From Actinomycetes bacterium (GTDB lineage: Bacteria; Actinomycetota; Actinomycetes; Actinomycetales; Micrococcaceae): a stretch of DNA of 64,000 nt. The DNA is taken from contig JAFAAV010000051.1 in assembly GCA_023426375.1 (NCBI GenBank), forward strand, positions 21,465 through 85,464. The letters are read 5' to 3'. Below are positions 9,307 to 17,799 of this stretch, in pieces; the stretch's first letter is position 1; each line of letters starts with the position of its first letter. The notes under the pieces are model-generated. The model saw nothing but the letters and a program-made list of their open reading frames with translations. It was not told the DNA's origin and made no database searches. Position numbers and translations under genes: made by a program.

Positions 9307-10362
9307 TCAGAGGGAGCGGCCGGGCCGGTACTGATCGACGGCATCGAGATCGCGACCGGCGCTCAGCCCCGTGGTTCGTGCCGGGGCCTGGCGTCGTCGG
9401 TCGCTGGTGAGGGTGGCGAGGTCGTGGTGGCCGGTCACGAGGGTGGCGGTGCCCTCGCTCAGCAGCAGATGCGTGCCGGTGCTCGCCGCGGACGTGACCG
9501 GCCCGGGCACCGCCCCAACCCCACGACCGAGGGTATGCGCTTCGCGGGCGACGTGCAGGGAGCCGGAGCGTGCCCCGGCTTCCACGATCACCGTCGCCGA
9601 GGACAGTGCCGCCAGGAGCCGGCCGCGGGCCATGAACCGGTGCCGGGTCGGCGCCGACCCGGGCGGCATCTCACTCATCAGCAACCCCACGTCACCCACC
9701 CGTTCGAGCATGTCGCGATGCCCCGCCGGGTAGAGCCGGTCCGGCCCGCCGGCCATCACCGCGATCGTCTGCCCACCGCTACTCAGCGCAGCGCGGTGCG
9801 CGGCACCGTCGATGCCGTAGGCACCGCCGGAGACCACGATCTGCTCCGCGTTCGACGCATCGTGGGCGAACTCGCCGGCGACGTGATCGCCGTAACCAGT
9901 CGAGGCTCGTGAACCGGTGATCGTCACCCGCGTCTCCTGCCCGCTTGCGAGGAACGAGGTCGCCCCCTTCGCCCACAGCACATACGGGGCACGATCGCCC
10001 AGCGCGTCCACCGAGACCGGCCAATGCGCATCGCCAGGGATCAGCGGCGCATACGACCCGTGCAGCAGCCCCGCCAGATCATCGCCGAGGCCGCCCCGGG
10101 AAGCGAACTGCTCCGCGGTGTGGTGCAGGATCGACGCTTCCTCAACCCGGACGCCGGGCATCGGCCCGCCCGTGTCGAGGAGCCGGAGGGTCTCGACGGC
10201 GCCTTCGCGGCGCAGCAGGCGACCGACGGTGCGGTCGGCGGGCTCGATCATCATCGAGAGCATCACGCGGGCCATCCGCTCATCGGAGGCATAGTCAGCC
10301 AGAGCAACCATGACCGGGTCCTTCCACTCACCAGGCACTACCAGCGCAGGTGCACCCGGCAC
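9307..10362 (-). CDS. dprA: DprA/Smf family DNA-processing protein
   Basis: Rossmann-like DprA core (VTITGSRASTGYGDHVA…VVSGGAYGIDGAAHRAAL…TIAVMAGGPDRLYP…RFMARGRLLAALSSATVIVEAGARSGSL). An alternative start at 10311 is possible. Confidence 0.8.
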   Translation of the reverse strand: MPGAPALVVPGEWKDPVMVALADYASDERMARVMLSMMIEPADRTVGRLLRREGAVETLRLLDTGGPMPGVRVEEASILHHTAEQFASRGGLGDDLAGLLHGSYAPLIPGDAHWPVSVDALGDRAPYVLWAKGATSFLASGQETRVTITGSRASTGYGDHVAGEFAHDASNAEQIVVSGGAYGIDGAAHRAALSSGGQTIAVMAGGPDRLYPAGHRDMLERVGDVGLLMSEMPPGSAPTRHRFMARGRLLAALSSATVIVEAGARSGSLHVAREAHTLGRGVGAVPGPVTSAASTGTHLLLSEGTATLVTGHHDLATLTSDRRRQAPARTTGLSAGRDLDAVDQYRPGRSL

Positions 10363-10517
10363 CGCGACGAGACCTTCCCCTTCGCCCGGCCCCGGCGTAA
10401 ACTAGGAGGTGAAGCGCAGGCATTCCATTTGTAGGGTCCTTCGGGATCGCCCCTTCCGGGGCCACCACCAACACGCCGCTTCTCGATCATTCGAACCGTG
10501 TTGAATGGAGGCCCACG

Positions 10518-10925
10518 ATGTTCCTCAGCGACCGCGTCCGACGCCGCTGGCGCCGGAGCGAGAGCACCGCCCGGAACCTGGAACCGGCCCTCCGGCTCTT
10601 CCCGACGAACCGCGTCCGCGATGCCGTCTACACCCGCCGTGGACTCAAATGGGGCGTTCCCGCGATGCTGCTCGCCGCCCCCTACATCGCCGCCGCCAAA
10701 CTCCTGACCGACCACATCGAGCAGGGCGGCCCCGGCTGGCTCCACCTGGTCGTCTTGCTGTGCGCATGGAACGCGCTCAAGATGCTCTGGCTCGGCCCGA
10801 TGAGCCTCATCGCCCTCGCCCGCGTCCGCCACCGCGAGCACGTCCAGCGTCGCACCGCCCGCCGCGAAGCCGAGTCGCGAGGTACGCCGGATGAGGTTCT
10901 GGTCACGGCCGGAGGTGGGTCATGA
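10518..10925 (+). CDS. Hypothetical 2-TM membrane protein
   Basis: Arg-rich N-terminus and two hydrophobic helices (GVPAMLLAAPYIAAAKLL; WLHLVVLLCAWNALKMLWLGPMSLIALA). Stop overlaps the next start (ATGA at 10922-10925). Confidence 0.5.
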   Translation: MFLSDRVRRRWRRSESTARNLEPALRLFPTNRVRDAVYTRRGLKWGVPAMLLAAPYIAAAKLLTDHIEQGGPGWLHLVVLLCAWNALKMLWLGPMSLIALARVRHREHVQRRTARREAESRGTPDEVLVTAGGGS

Positions 10926-11323
10926 AGGCTGTCATCTACCGGTACAGCGCGGCAGAGAACCCGACCTGGCTGGACCAGCAAGAAGCCGACTGCCGCCGCT
11001 ACGCCGACGAACTCGGCATGACCGTCACCGAGGTCTTCACCGACGTCGGGCGCAGTCGTTACGGTCTGCAAGGCGTCCTCGATGCCGTCGAGCGGGAGGA
11101 CGTGACCGGGCTCATCGTCACCGACCTCGCTCGGCTCGGCTCCAAGTACGCCGATCACGTCGCCGTCGTCCAGCAGCTCCACGACGCCGGAGTCGACATC
11201 CACGTCACCAAAGACCGCACGACAAGCTCCGTCGAGGAGGACCTGATCGCCGTCAGGCAGGCACACCTCGATGCTCAGGCCCGGCGGCCGTTCCCCTCCG
11301 GTGGCAACGGCTCCACGGACTGA
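10922..11323 (+). CDS. Serine-recombinase (resolvase) catalytic-domain-only homologue
   Basis: MKAVIYRYSAAE…GLIVTDLARLGS…LHDAGVDIHV resembles a resolvase N-terminal domain. It is 133 aa with no C-terminal HTH, and the canonical DRLGR motif reads ARLGS. Confidence 0.6.
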   Translation: MKAVIYRYSAAENPTWLDQQEADCRRYADELGMTVTEVFTDVGRSRYGLQGVLDAVEREDVTGLIVTDLARLGSKYADHVAVVQQLHDAGVDIHVTKDRTTSSVEEDLIAVRQAHLDAQARRPFPSGGNGSTD

Positions 11324-11403
11324 CCCGCTACGGCCGCCGAGGGCTCCCTGCGTGTCGGCCCCGAATGCGAGGGCAAACATGAGATCCTGAACGGAAAACT
11401 TGG

Positions 11404-11446
11404 GCCGTCGGATGCTTGTGCGCGCTGCGCGCACCGCCCCGACGGC
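11404..11446 (+). promoter_or_regulatory. Compound GC-rich hairpin/palindrome upstream of qatA
   Basis: Outer 8-bp arms gccgtcgg / ccgacggc enclose the palindrome gtgcgcgc-t-gcgcgcac (11418-11434). Lies about 60 nt upstream of qatA. Its role (terminator of the upstream gene or an operator) is unknown. Confidence 0.3.
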
Positions 11447-11505
11447 GGACGAGCTCGCGGCAGGTCTCACAGAACCGCCTTCGCAGCTGAACGTGAGGAG
11501 GCGTG

Positions 11506-13512
11506 ATGTCCACGATCGAGGACCTTCGCGGTCGCCTCTGGTCCGATGAGCCGTCGAAAGTGGACTTCCTCGCGGCGCGGGCCATCGCGGAAACAGTCTC
11601 CGACGCCGTGCTCGATGACGCGCTCGATCCGCTGGCGATCGGACTGTCCGGCCCGTGGGGCAGCGGCAAGACCACCGTCCTTGAACTCATCAAGGCCGAT
11701 CTTGACTCCCGCAGCGACCCCGAGAACGCCAAGATCATCACCGTCCGCACCGACCCCTGGCGTTACGACCCTGCCGTGGGCGCGAAGGAAAGCCTGATCG
11801 GTGAGGTCCTCGACGCCATCGCGGCCGAACTCACCGAACGCCTCAAGGACGTCGAGGAGTCCAAGGGCGAGAAGATCAAGAAGCTCCTGAAGAGGCTCTC
11901 TGATCGGGTCGACTGGGCCAAGGCGGTCAAGCTCGCCGCCAAGTCGTCGCTCACCCTGCAGATCCCCGGTGTCAGCGACGTGCTGAATCTCATCCGCGAA
12001 CCGGCGTCCGAGGGGACTGACGCCGGCGACCAGCCGCGGGGCCTGGCCGGTTTCAAGGCCGAGTTCGCTGAGCTGTTGGGGGCCGAGGAGATGGCTCACG
12101 TACGCCGGGTGGCGGTGCTGGTCGACGACCTCGACCGGTGCCTGGTGGATACCGTCGTGGAGACCCTGGAAGCGATCCGTCTCTTCCTGAGCGTTGAGGG
12201 CATGGCGTTCGTCATCGCGGCAGACGAGGACCGGGTCGCCGATGCGATCCGCACCCGCCTGCCAGATTCGAGCATGCCCACGGAACGTCCAGAGGACGAA
12301 GACGCTCTCCCGGCGGAACCCCCGTCCAAGCTCTATCTGCACAAGATCGTCCAGACCACCGTCCCACTGCCAGCTCTGGGTGCCTTCGACACCGAGTCGT
12401 ATGTGCTCTTGCTGCAGCTGCAGAATCGCGTTGACCAGCGTCTCACCGATGAGCAACTGGAAAAGGTCATCACCGAATGCCACCGGCTCCGCATGGCCGG
12501 CGCTCTCGACGACCTCCAGGCGCCTGACGACCTCGACGTCCAGCGAGAGCTGTCTTTCGCGCGTCGGCTCACCACGATCCTCTACGAGAAACTCCGGGGC
12601 AACCCGCGGCGCATCAAGCGATTCCTCAACGACCTGAACATCCGTCGATCCATCGCTGCGCGGCGGGGCATCGAGCTCGACTTCGACGTCGTCGCCAAGC
12701 TCATGGTTCTCGAAGTCCTCCTGCCGGATCAGTTCCAGTCCGTGCTGTCATGGTTGCGAACCGGTGAGCTTCGAGATCGACTGGAGTCGCTGGAAGCGCA
12801 AGCCAACCGGCCGAAAGAACCTCCCGTCCCCGCTCCGCCAACTGACCTCGCCGACCACGCACCGGATGAACCCGCCGAGATGGCTGCGGACGTGACCGGA
12901 GCGGAACCGGACGACACCGCGGAGGATGCGCGACCATCCGAAGCGGAAGACGCGCCGACCCAAGCAGCGTCAGCAGCCGCGGTCGCCCCGCACTTCGCCG
13001 AGGACATGATTCGGTGGGCCAAGCTCCCACCGGATCTTCATGACCTCGACCTGAGCCCGTACCTGCACCTGGCGGCATCCTTCCGCGGCGACCTCCTGGT
13101 CAGCGCCGAGCTTCCCCAACATCTCCGCGATCTGGCCGCGCAGCTGGCCTCGACCCGCACGGTGGACAGGCGGCAGCTCACCGACGAGAGCCTGCGAGCG
13201 CTCACGACCGACGATGTCGATCAGCTGCTGCGGCACCTGGGGCTGCGCGCACGAGACCGTGTCCAGGAGCAGCGCGGCGCGGTCTCCGGAATCGTCAGAC
13301 TCGCCACCGCACATGTCGCAGTGCAACCGGCCGCGCTTGACGCGTTCCGCCGGCTCCCGGCCTCCGATCTGCAGCCCGGCACCGCCGTCATCCTCGCCGG
13401 GGTCGAGATCCCCGGGATGAAGGACGTCATCAACGCGTTGGCCGCGCAGCTCCCAGACGGCAACATCAAGAAGGCGCTCACCACGCCGCCACCGAAGGGC
13501 GGTAAGCGCTGA
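11506..13512 (+). CDS. qatA: KAP-family P-loop NTPase, QatA-like
   Basis: Walker A GLSGPWGSGKTTVLE and the KAP-type box VAVLVDDLDRC. GAGGAGG RBS 4-5 nt upstream of ATG 11506. First gene of a four-gene overlapping cluster. Confidence 0.8.
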   Translation: MSTIEDLRGRLWSDEPSKVDFLAARAIAETVSDAVLDDALDPLAIGLSGPWGSGKTTVLELIKADLDSRSDPENAKIITVRTDPWRYDPAVGAKESLIGEVLDAIAAELTERLKDVEESKGEKIKKLLKRLSDRVDWAKAVKLAAKSSLTLQIPGVSDVLNLIREPASEGTDAGDQPRGLAGFKAEFAELLGAEEMAHVRRVAVLVDDLDRCLVDTVVETLEAIRLFLSVEGMAFVIAADEDRVADAIRTRLPDSSMPTERPEDEDALPAEPPSKLYLHKIVQTTVPLPALGAFDTESYVLLLQLQNRVDQRLTDEQLEKVITECHRLRMAGALDDLQAPDDLDVQRELSFARRLTTILYEKLRGNPRRIKRFLNDLNIRRSIAARRGIELDFDVVAKLMVLEVLLPDQFQSVLSWLRTGELRDRLESLEAQANRPKEPPVPAPPTDLADHAPDEPAEMAADVTGAEPDDTAEDARPSEAEDAPTQAASAAAVAPHFAEDMIRWAKLPPDLHDLDLSPYLHLAASFRGDLLVSAELPQHLRDLAAQLASTRTVDRRQLTDESLRALTTDDVDQLLRHLGLRARDRVQEQRGAVSGIVRLATAHVAVQPAALDAFRRLPASDLQPGTAVILAGVEIPGMKDVINALAAQLPDGNIKKALTTPPPKGGKR

Positions 13513-14300
13513 TGGGAACAAAAGGCTCCTACTCCGGCAGCGCCGCCGGTGGTGACCTGCGCGACGGACTCGACGACTGGCTGGCCAACCTCCCCGGGGC
13601 TGACGGCCAGGTCCCGCCGCCCTCAGGCAGCCAGCCCTCGCTTCTCTCCCCGCTGAAGCAGTCCCCGAACTCACCAGCCGGCAGGGTGCTGCCCACGGCC
13701 GCGCTCTTCCGTTCCTCCCGCGGCGGAGGGGGAAGGGGCGGGGGTGGTGGCCGCCGGAGCGGCGAGAGCCTCACGCGATCGACGGCAGCCTCCGCGCGTT
13801 CCGCCGGCCGTGGGGCCGCAGCGGCATACGCGTACCGCAGTGGCGACGCGCAGACTCTCCGCGATCTCGGCCTGGACTACGACGCACTGCGAGCCAACCC
13901 GAACATCTTTGACGTCGCCCACCAGATCGCACAGAAAGTCTGTGAGGATCTCCCCGCGGGAACGATCGAAACTGCGGAGCAGATGGAGGTCGTCGGCAGG
14001 CTCGCCGAATGGCTCGTCGAGAGCGACAGCACGGGAACGGACGTGTCGCTCGGGCAGATCGCCGAGGAAGCGGTCGCCCTGATCCTGGCCGAGGCATACC
14101 TCGTGGAGACCGCATCCAGTCTGAACACTAAGGACATGTCAGGGGCCGAACGCGCGGCGTTCGAGGACGGGATTCGTCAGGCCGCGGAAGAGCTTGCCGC
14201 GCACGCGGACCTCTCGCCCAGCGGGCCCAGCGCCGAGGAGTTCACGCGCGCGATCGAAGACGGACTGGAATATCTCAGAACCATCCATGAGGCGGATTGA
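13512..14300 (+). CDS. qatB: QatB-like protein (no recognisable domain)
   Basis: 262 aa with a Gly/Arg-rich linker (SSRGGGGRGGGGGRRSGES) followed by an acidic helical C-terminal half. Start overlaps the qatA stop (TGATG). Assignment rests on position in the cluster. Confidence 0.6.
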   Translation: MGTKGSYSGSAAGGDLRDGLDDWLANLPGADGQVPPPSGSQPSLLSPLKQSPNSPAGRVLPTAALFRSSRGGGGRGGGGGRRSGESLTRSTAASARSAGRGAAAAYAYRSGDAQTLRDLGLDYDALRANPNIFDVAHQIAQKVCEDLPAGTIETAEQMEVVGRLAEWLVESDSTGTDVSLGQIAEEAVALILAEAYLVETASSLNTKDMSGAERAAFEDGIRQAAEELAAHADLSPSGPSAEEFTRAIEDGLEYLRTIHEAD

Positions 14301-14301
14301 G

Positions 14302-15588
14302 ATGGCGCAGTTCGACCTTCGTTTCCAAGTCCCATCGGCGCTCACTCCCGAGTCCGCCGATCGCACGTTCTACTGGCCCACCGCTGGGGCCGGCACCTTC
14401 AACACCTCCCTGGGGCCCCGGCTGGGCAAGCTCGGCCCGGTGCGACGCGAGAACATCGAACTGTTCCGCCTCGCCGCGATGGTCTACGCCGCAGACCGCT
14501 CCGTCCCGCGACGGGCCGGCCGCGTCAACTGGACCCAACGCCACATTGCCCTGAGCGTCCCCGTCCACGACACGGCACCCTGGAACGCCATCACGGACCA
14601 GCTGCAGCAGCTCCTCGACTTCTTGTCGGGTGACCGATGGAGGCTCACCTTCCGTGCAGCACGCATCCCTCGTGAGGACATCGCGCCCAACGGGTATCCC
14701 GACGTGCAGCGGGTGGTGCTCATGAGCGGCGGCGCCGACTCCGCCACCGGTGCATTCCTCGCGCGCACCCGGCCCGAACCGCATCTGCTTGTCTCTCACG
14801 TCGGGGCGACATCGATCTCACCCATTCAGCAGGACGTCGCCGAACGCATCCGAGACCTCTGCCCCGAGGGCAGCACGCAGCAGCACGCGCAGATCCGCTT
14901 CACCCGACGCCAGACACAACCCGGAGGACACCGGTTCAAGAATGAGAACACCACGCGAACCCGATCGTTCCTGTTCCTCGCGCTCGGCCTCGCCCTCGCC
15001 TCGGTCAACGAGGTGGAGCTCTGGATCCCCGAGAACGGGTTCGCGTCACTGAACCCACCCCTGGGCCCTGACCAGCTCGGCAGTCTCTCCACCCGCACCA
15101 CCCACCCGTGGTTCCTCACCGAACTGTCCAGACTCGTCTCCGCCGCTGGCGCATGGGGGACCCTGTCCAATCCATTCGCGGCGCAGACGAAGGGCGAGAT
15201 GTTCCGGTGGCTGGCGGACCAGGTCGGCGATGGCCCGGCCTCGGACCTGCTCAGCGCCACCAACTCGTGCGCGTTCACCAACCGACGATGGCTCGGCGTG
15301 ACAGCGACCGATCATTGCGGAACGTGCTTCGGGTGCCTGGTGCGCCGGGCATCGTTTGCGGCCGCGGAACTCACCGACCGAAGCACCTATGTGATCGACG
15401 CCCCTCCCAGCGAGGCCGCGAGATCTCAGCTCGAAAAGGCGTCGATCCTTCCCAGCATCCGCGGATTCGTGGCCCGCGGAATCCGGGTCAGCGACATCGC
15501 AGCGATGCGCCTGCCTGACGGGTACTCCGCATCCGACGCCCGTGACCTCTGCGTCCGCGGCGCACGCGAGCTGGAAACGCTGACATGA
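14302..15588 (+). CDS. qatC: QueC-like PP-loop ATPase, QatC-like
   Basis: PP-loop VVLMSGGADSATGAFLA and a C-terminal Cys cluster (SCAF…DHCGTCFGCLVRR). No other queuosine genes nearby. Start ATG 14302 lies 1 nt after the qatB stop (alternative start at 14287). Confidence 0.75.
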   Translation: MAQFDLRFQVPSALTPESADRTFYWPTAGAGTFNTSLGPRLGKLGPVRRENIELFRLAAMVYAADRSVPRRAGRVNWTQRHIALSVPVHDTAPWNAITDQLQQLLDFLSGDRWRLTFRAARIPREDIAPNGYPDVQRVVLMSGGADSATGAFLARTRPEPHLLVSHVGATSISPIQQDVAERIRDLCPEGSTQQHAQIRFTRRQTQPGGHRFKNENTTRTRSFLFLALGLALASVNEVELWIPENGFASLNPPLGPDQLGSLSTRTTHPWFLTELSRLVSAAGAWGTLSNPFAAQTKGEMFRWLADQVGDGPASDLLSATNSCAFTNRRWLGVTATDHCGTCFGCLVRRASFAAAELTDRSTYVIDAPPSEAARSQLEKASILPSIRGFVARGIRVSDIAAMRLPDGYSASDARDLCVRGARELETLT

Positions 15589-16358
15589 CCAACTTCCCGG
15601 CCGTTGACCTCCACGCCCACATCGACCCGACGATCACCCCTCGGGACCTGCTGAACCTCCGAGCCGTGATCTTCGCGGCAAGCCGAAGCCTCGCCGAGTC
15701 GCGTCTCGCCCTCGATCGCCAGCACCACGACCTGCTCGCGATCTGGGGTGTCGGCGTTCACCCAGGAGTGAAGACCGCACTCGACGGCTACGACCCCGAG
15801 GAGTTCGAGCGTCTGATCGCCCGCACCCCCTACGTCGGCGAAATCGGACTCGACGCAAAAGTCCCATCCCGCCTCGCCAAACAGCACGAGGTGTTGGCCT
15901 CGCTGCTCACGCAACTCCAAGCGAAGCCCCGACTCACGTCGATCCACAGCTACCGGGCAACCAACGAAGTCGTGGAGCATCTCGAACGCACCCCGATCAC
16001 GGGCGCGATCCTGCACTGGTGGCTCGGCGATCGATCCACCACAAGGCGCGCGGTTGAACTCGGAGCCTACTTCTCGATCAACACCGCCACCCTGCGCCGA
16101 AGCGACGCCATCGACCTCATCCCCACGGACCGTCTCCTCCTAGAAACAGACCATCCCGATGGGAACCGCAGCGGAGCCCGCCCGCATCAACCTGGCAACG
16201 TCAGCGACGTCGAAGCAGCTCTCGCCAAGCAGCGCGGAGTCACCACCGCTCAGATCCGAGCCCACGCCTGGCGCAACCTCGCCACGCTTGTGAACACCAC
16301 TGGGACGAAGCCTCTGCTGCCACCCCGAGTCGCAGCAATCCTCGGGGCTATCGAGTAA
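15585..16358 (+). CDS. qatD: TatD-family metal-dependent hydrolase/DNase, QatD-like
   Basis: TatD motifs VDLHAHID, VGEIGLD, SIHS, ILHWW, LLETDHP. ATGA overlap with qatC (15585-15588). Confidence 0.8.
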   Translation: MTNFPAVDLHAHIDPTITPRDLLNLRAVIFAASRSLAESRLALDRQHHDLLAIWGVGVHPGVKTALDGYDPEEFERLIARTPYVGEIGLDAKVPSRLAKQHEVLASLLTQLQAKPRLTSIHSYRATNEVVEHLERTPITGAILHWWLGDRSTTRRAVELGAYFSINTATLRRSDAIDLIPTDRLLLETDHPDGNRSGARPHQPGNVSDVEAALAKQRGVTTAQIRAHAWRNLATLVNTTGTKPLLPPRVAAILGAIE

Positions 16359-16382
16359 CACCCCCGACAGGGGCGCCGATAC

Positions 16383-16763
16383 TCACCGCACTCGCCCATG
16401 CGTGTCCCGAAGCTTCACACCCGCAGCGAGGAGCGCGACACGCACGGAACTGGGGTTGAATCCAAGGCGCGCGCCCACGCTCGCCAACGACTCACCCTGT
16501 TCGTAACGGCGGCACATCTCAAGCACCAGCGCAGGAGAGGGCTTCTCTCGACGGAGCCGGACCCCTCGCTCGCGCAAATGGCTTGAGAGGCGTTCACGAC
16601 TCACCCCCAGATCCGTCGCGATGGTCCGCAGGATCTCCCCACCCCGATACCTCCGCTCGGCCTCAAGCAGCATCGTTTCCGTCAAGCGCGTCACCGGGCG
16701 CGGCAGCTGCTCCTCCTGGCGAACCAACGAGTCCCGACGTCGAATCGCGTGATGCGACGACAC
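16383..16763 (-). CDS. Double helix-turn-helix protein (paralogue 1)
   Basis: Two tandem ~45-aa HTH-like modules (LLEAERRYRGGEILRTIATDLGVSRERLSSHLRERGVRLR; VLEMCRRYEQGESLASVGARLGFNPSSVRVALLAAGVKLR). 81/106 residues are identical to ORF 24413..24856 by hand alignment. Confidence 0.65.
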   Translation of the reverse strand: MSSHHAIRRRDSLVRQEEQLPRPVTRLTETMLLEAERRYRGGEILRTIATDLGVSRERLSSHLRERGVRLRREKPSPALVLEMCRRYEQGESLASVGARLGFNPSSVRVALLAAGVKLRDTHGRVR

Positions 16764-16771
16764 GGCCCGCG

Positions 16772-16924
16772 TCAGCGCCGGGGCAAGGTTCTTTCGTTGT
16801 GGCTGGGGCTGGGGCTGGTGGTCAGGATGGTCTGGATCGCTTCGGCTGGCTGGAGGGTGGCCTCGTCATCGTCATTGTCCTCATCATCGATGACCGCCGT
16901 CTCGACGGTCGCCCGGTTCGGCAT
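16772..16924 (-). CDS. Possible small acidic ORF (50 aa)
   Basis: ATG shares one base with the hydrolase stop (TGATG at 16922-16926) and the ORF ends 9 nt before the HTH gene start. Mostly G/C at third codon positions. Sequence MPNRATVETAVIDDEDNDDDEATLQ…. No homology recognised. Confidence 0.25.
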   Translation of the reverse strand: MPNRATVETAVIDDEDNDDDEATLQPAEAIQTILTTSPSPSHNERTLPRR

Positions 16925-17799
16925 CAGACAGCGAATTCCCGATTCAGAACGGATTGATCCCATTCGACTACGAGGTGCGAGAGTTCCTGCGCCTCTTCGT
17001 ATGGGAGCAGATGCCCTCGATCTGGGAAGATGTGGAAAGTTCCGGCCCGGATGCCGGTCGCCACGGCCGTGCATGCGGACGGTGGACTCAGCGGGTCGCG
17101 TTCCGCGCCGAGGAGCAGCGTGGGCGAGGTGAAGTGCGCTGCGAAATCCGCCACGGTGGTCGATGTTGACGCGATGAAGCCTTCGAGCACGACGTCGCGG
17201 GATGCGAATGCTCCTGCCTGCCGCAAGTGCTCGTCGCGTATCCATCTGCGGAGCGTGCGGTCCTGCGTGCTGGTCATCAGGCTGCCGCCGATTCCGGCGA
17301 TGAGCTTGCTCGCAAGGAGACGGCGTCCGAGTTCTGGCGGGAGGTGTCGGGCAAGCGCGTAGTAGCTCCTCGCGGCCGCAGTCGCGATCCGTCTCGGTCC
17401 GGTGAGCGGCGGTTCGAGGATCGGGTTGATGAGCACTGTCCCATCGGGCGTGGTGCCCTGCGCGACAGCCGCACTGACGATGACGCTGCCGAAGGAGTGC
17501 CCGAGCAGCAGCTTCGTTTGCGGGAGCCGCTCTGCGAGCTCGCCCAGCCACGCGCCGTAGCCGACAGCATCGTGGGTTCCTTGAAGTGGGCTGGAGGCTC
17601 CTGCACCGGGAAGGTCAGGGACAAGCACGCGATAGCCGTGCGAGGCTAGGGCGATCGCGAGGGGTTCCAGCCCGTAGTGGGTGCCGCGGAAGCCGTGCAC
17701 CGCAAGCACGGCCGGTCCGTCCTCTGGCCCGTAGGTGTAGACCGTGGTCCGTGAGCCGCCTGCCTCAATGGGCAATGCGTCACTCTGCTCAAGCTGCAT
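16924..17799 (-). CDS. Alpha/beta hydrolase
   Basis: HGFRGTHYG oxyanion region, nucleophile elbow GHSFGS, late His (FPDRGHLLPYE). Start ATG 17799 (MQLEQS); the longer ORF start was rejected. Confidence 0.8.
   Translation of the reverse strand: MQLEQSDALPIEAGGSRTTVYTYGPEDGPAVLAVHGFRGTHYGLEPLAIALASHGYRVLVPDLPGAGASSPLQGTHDAVGYGAWLGELAERLPQTKLLLGHSFGSVIVSAAVAQGTTPDGTVLINPILEPPLTGPRRIATAAARSYYALARHLPPELGRRLLASKLIAGIGGSLMTSTQDRTLRRWIRDEHLRQAGAFASRDVVLEGFIASTSTTVADFAAHFTSPTLLLGAERDPLSPPSACTAVATGIRAGTFHIFPDRGHLLPYEEAQELSHLVVEWDQSVLNREFAV

Noticed and set aside
11467-12483. 338-aa minus-strand ORF overlapping qatA; also 10682..11470 (-), 45880..47214 (+), 38157..39287 (-), 17918..19015 (+), 893..1843 (+), 40838..41455 (-)
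   Set aside because: All are antisense or out-of-frame shadows of genes with clear family signatures. None shows a domain motif.
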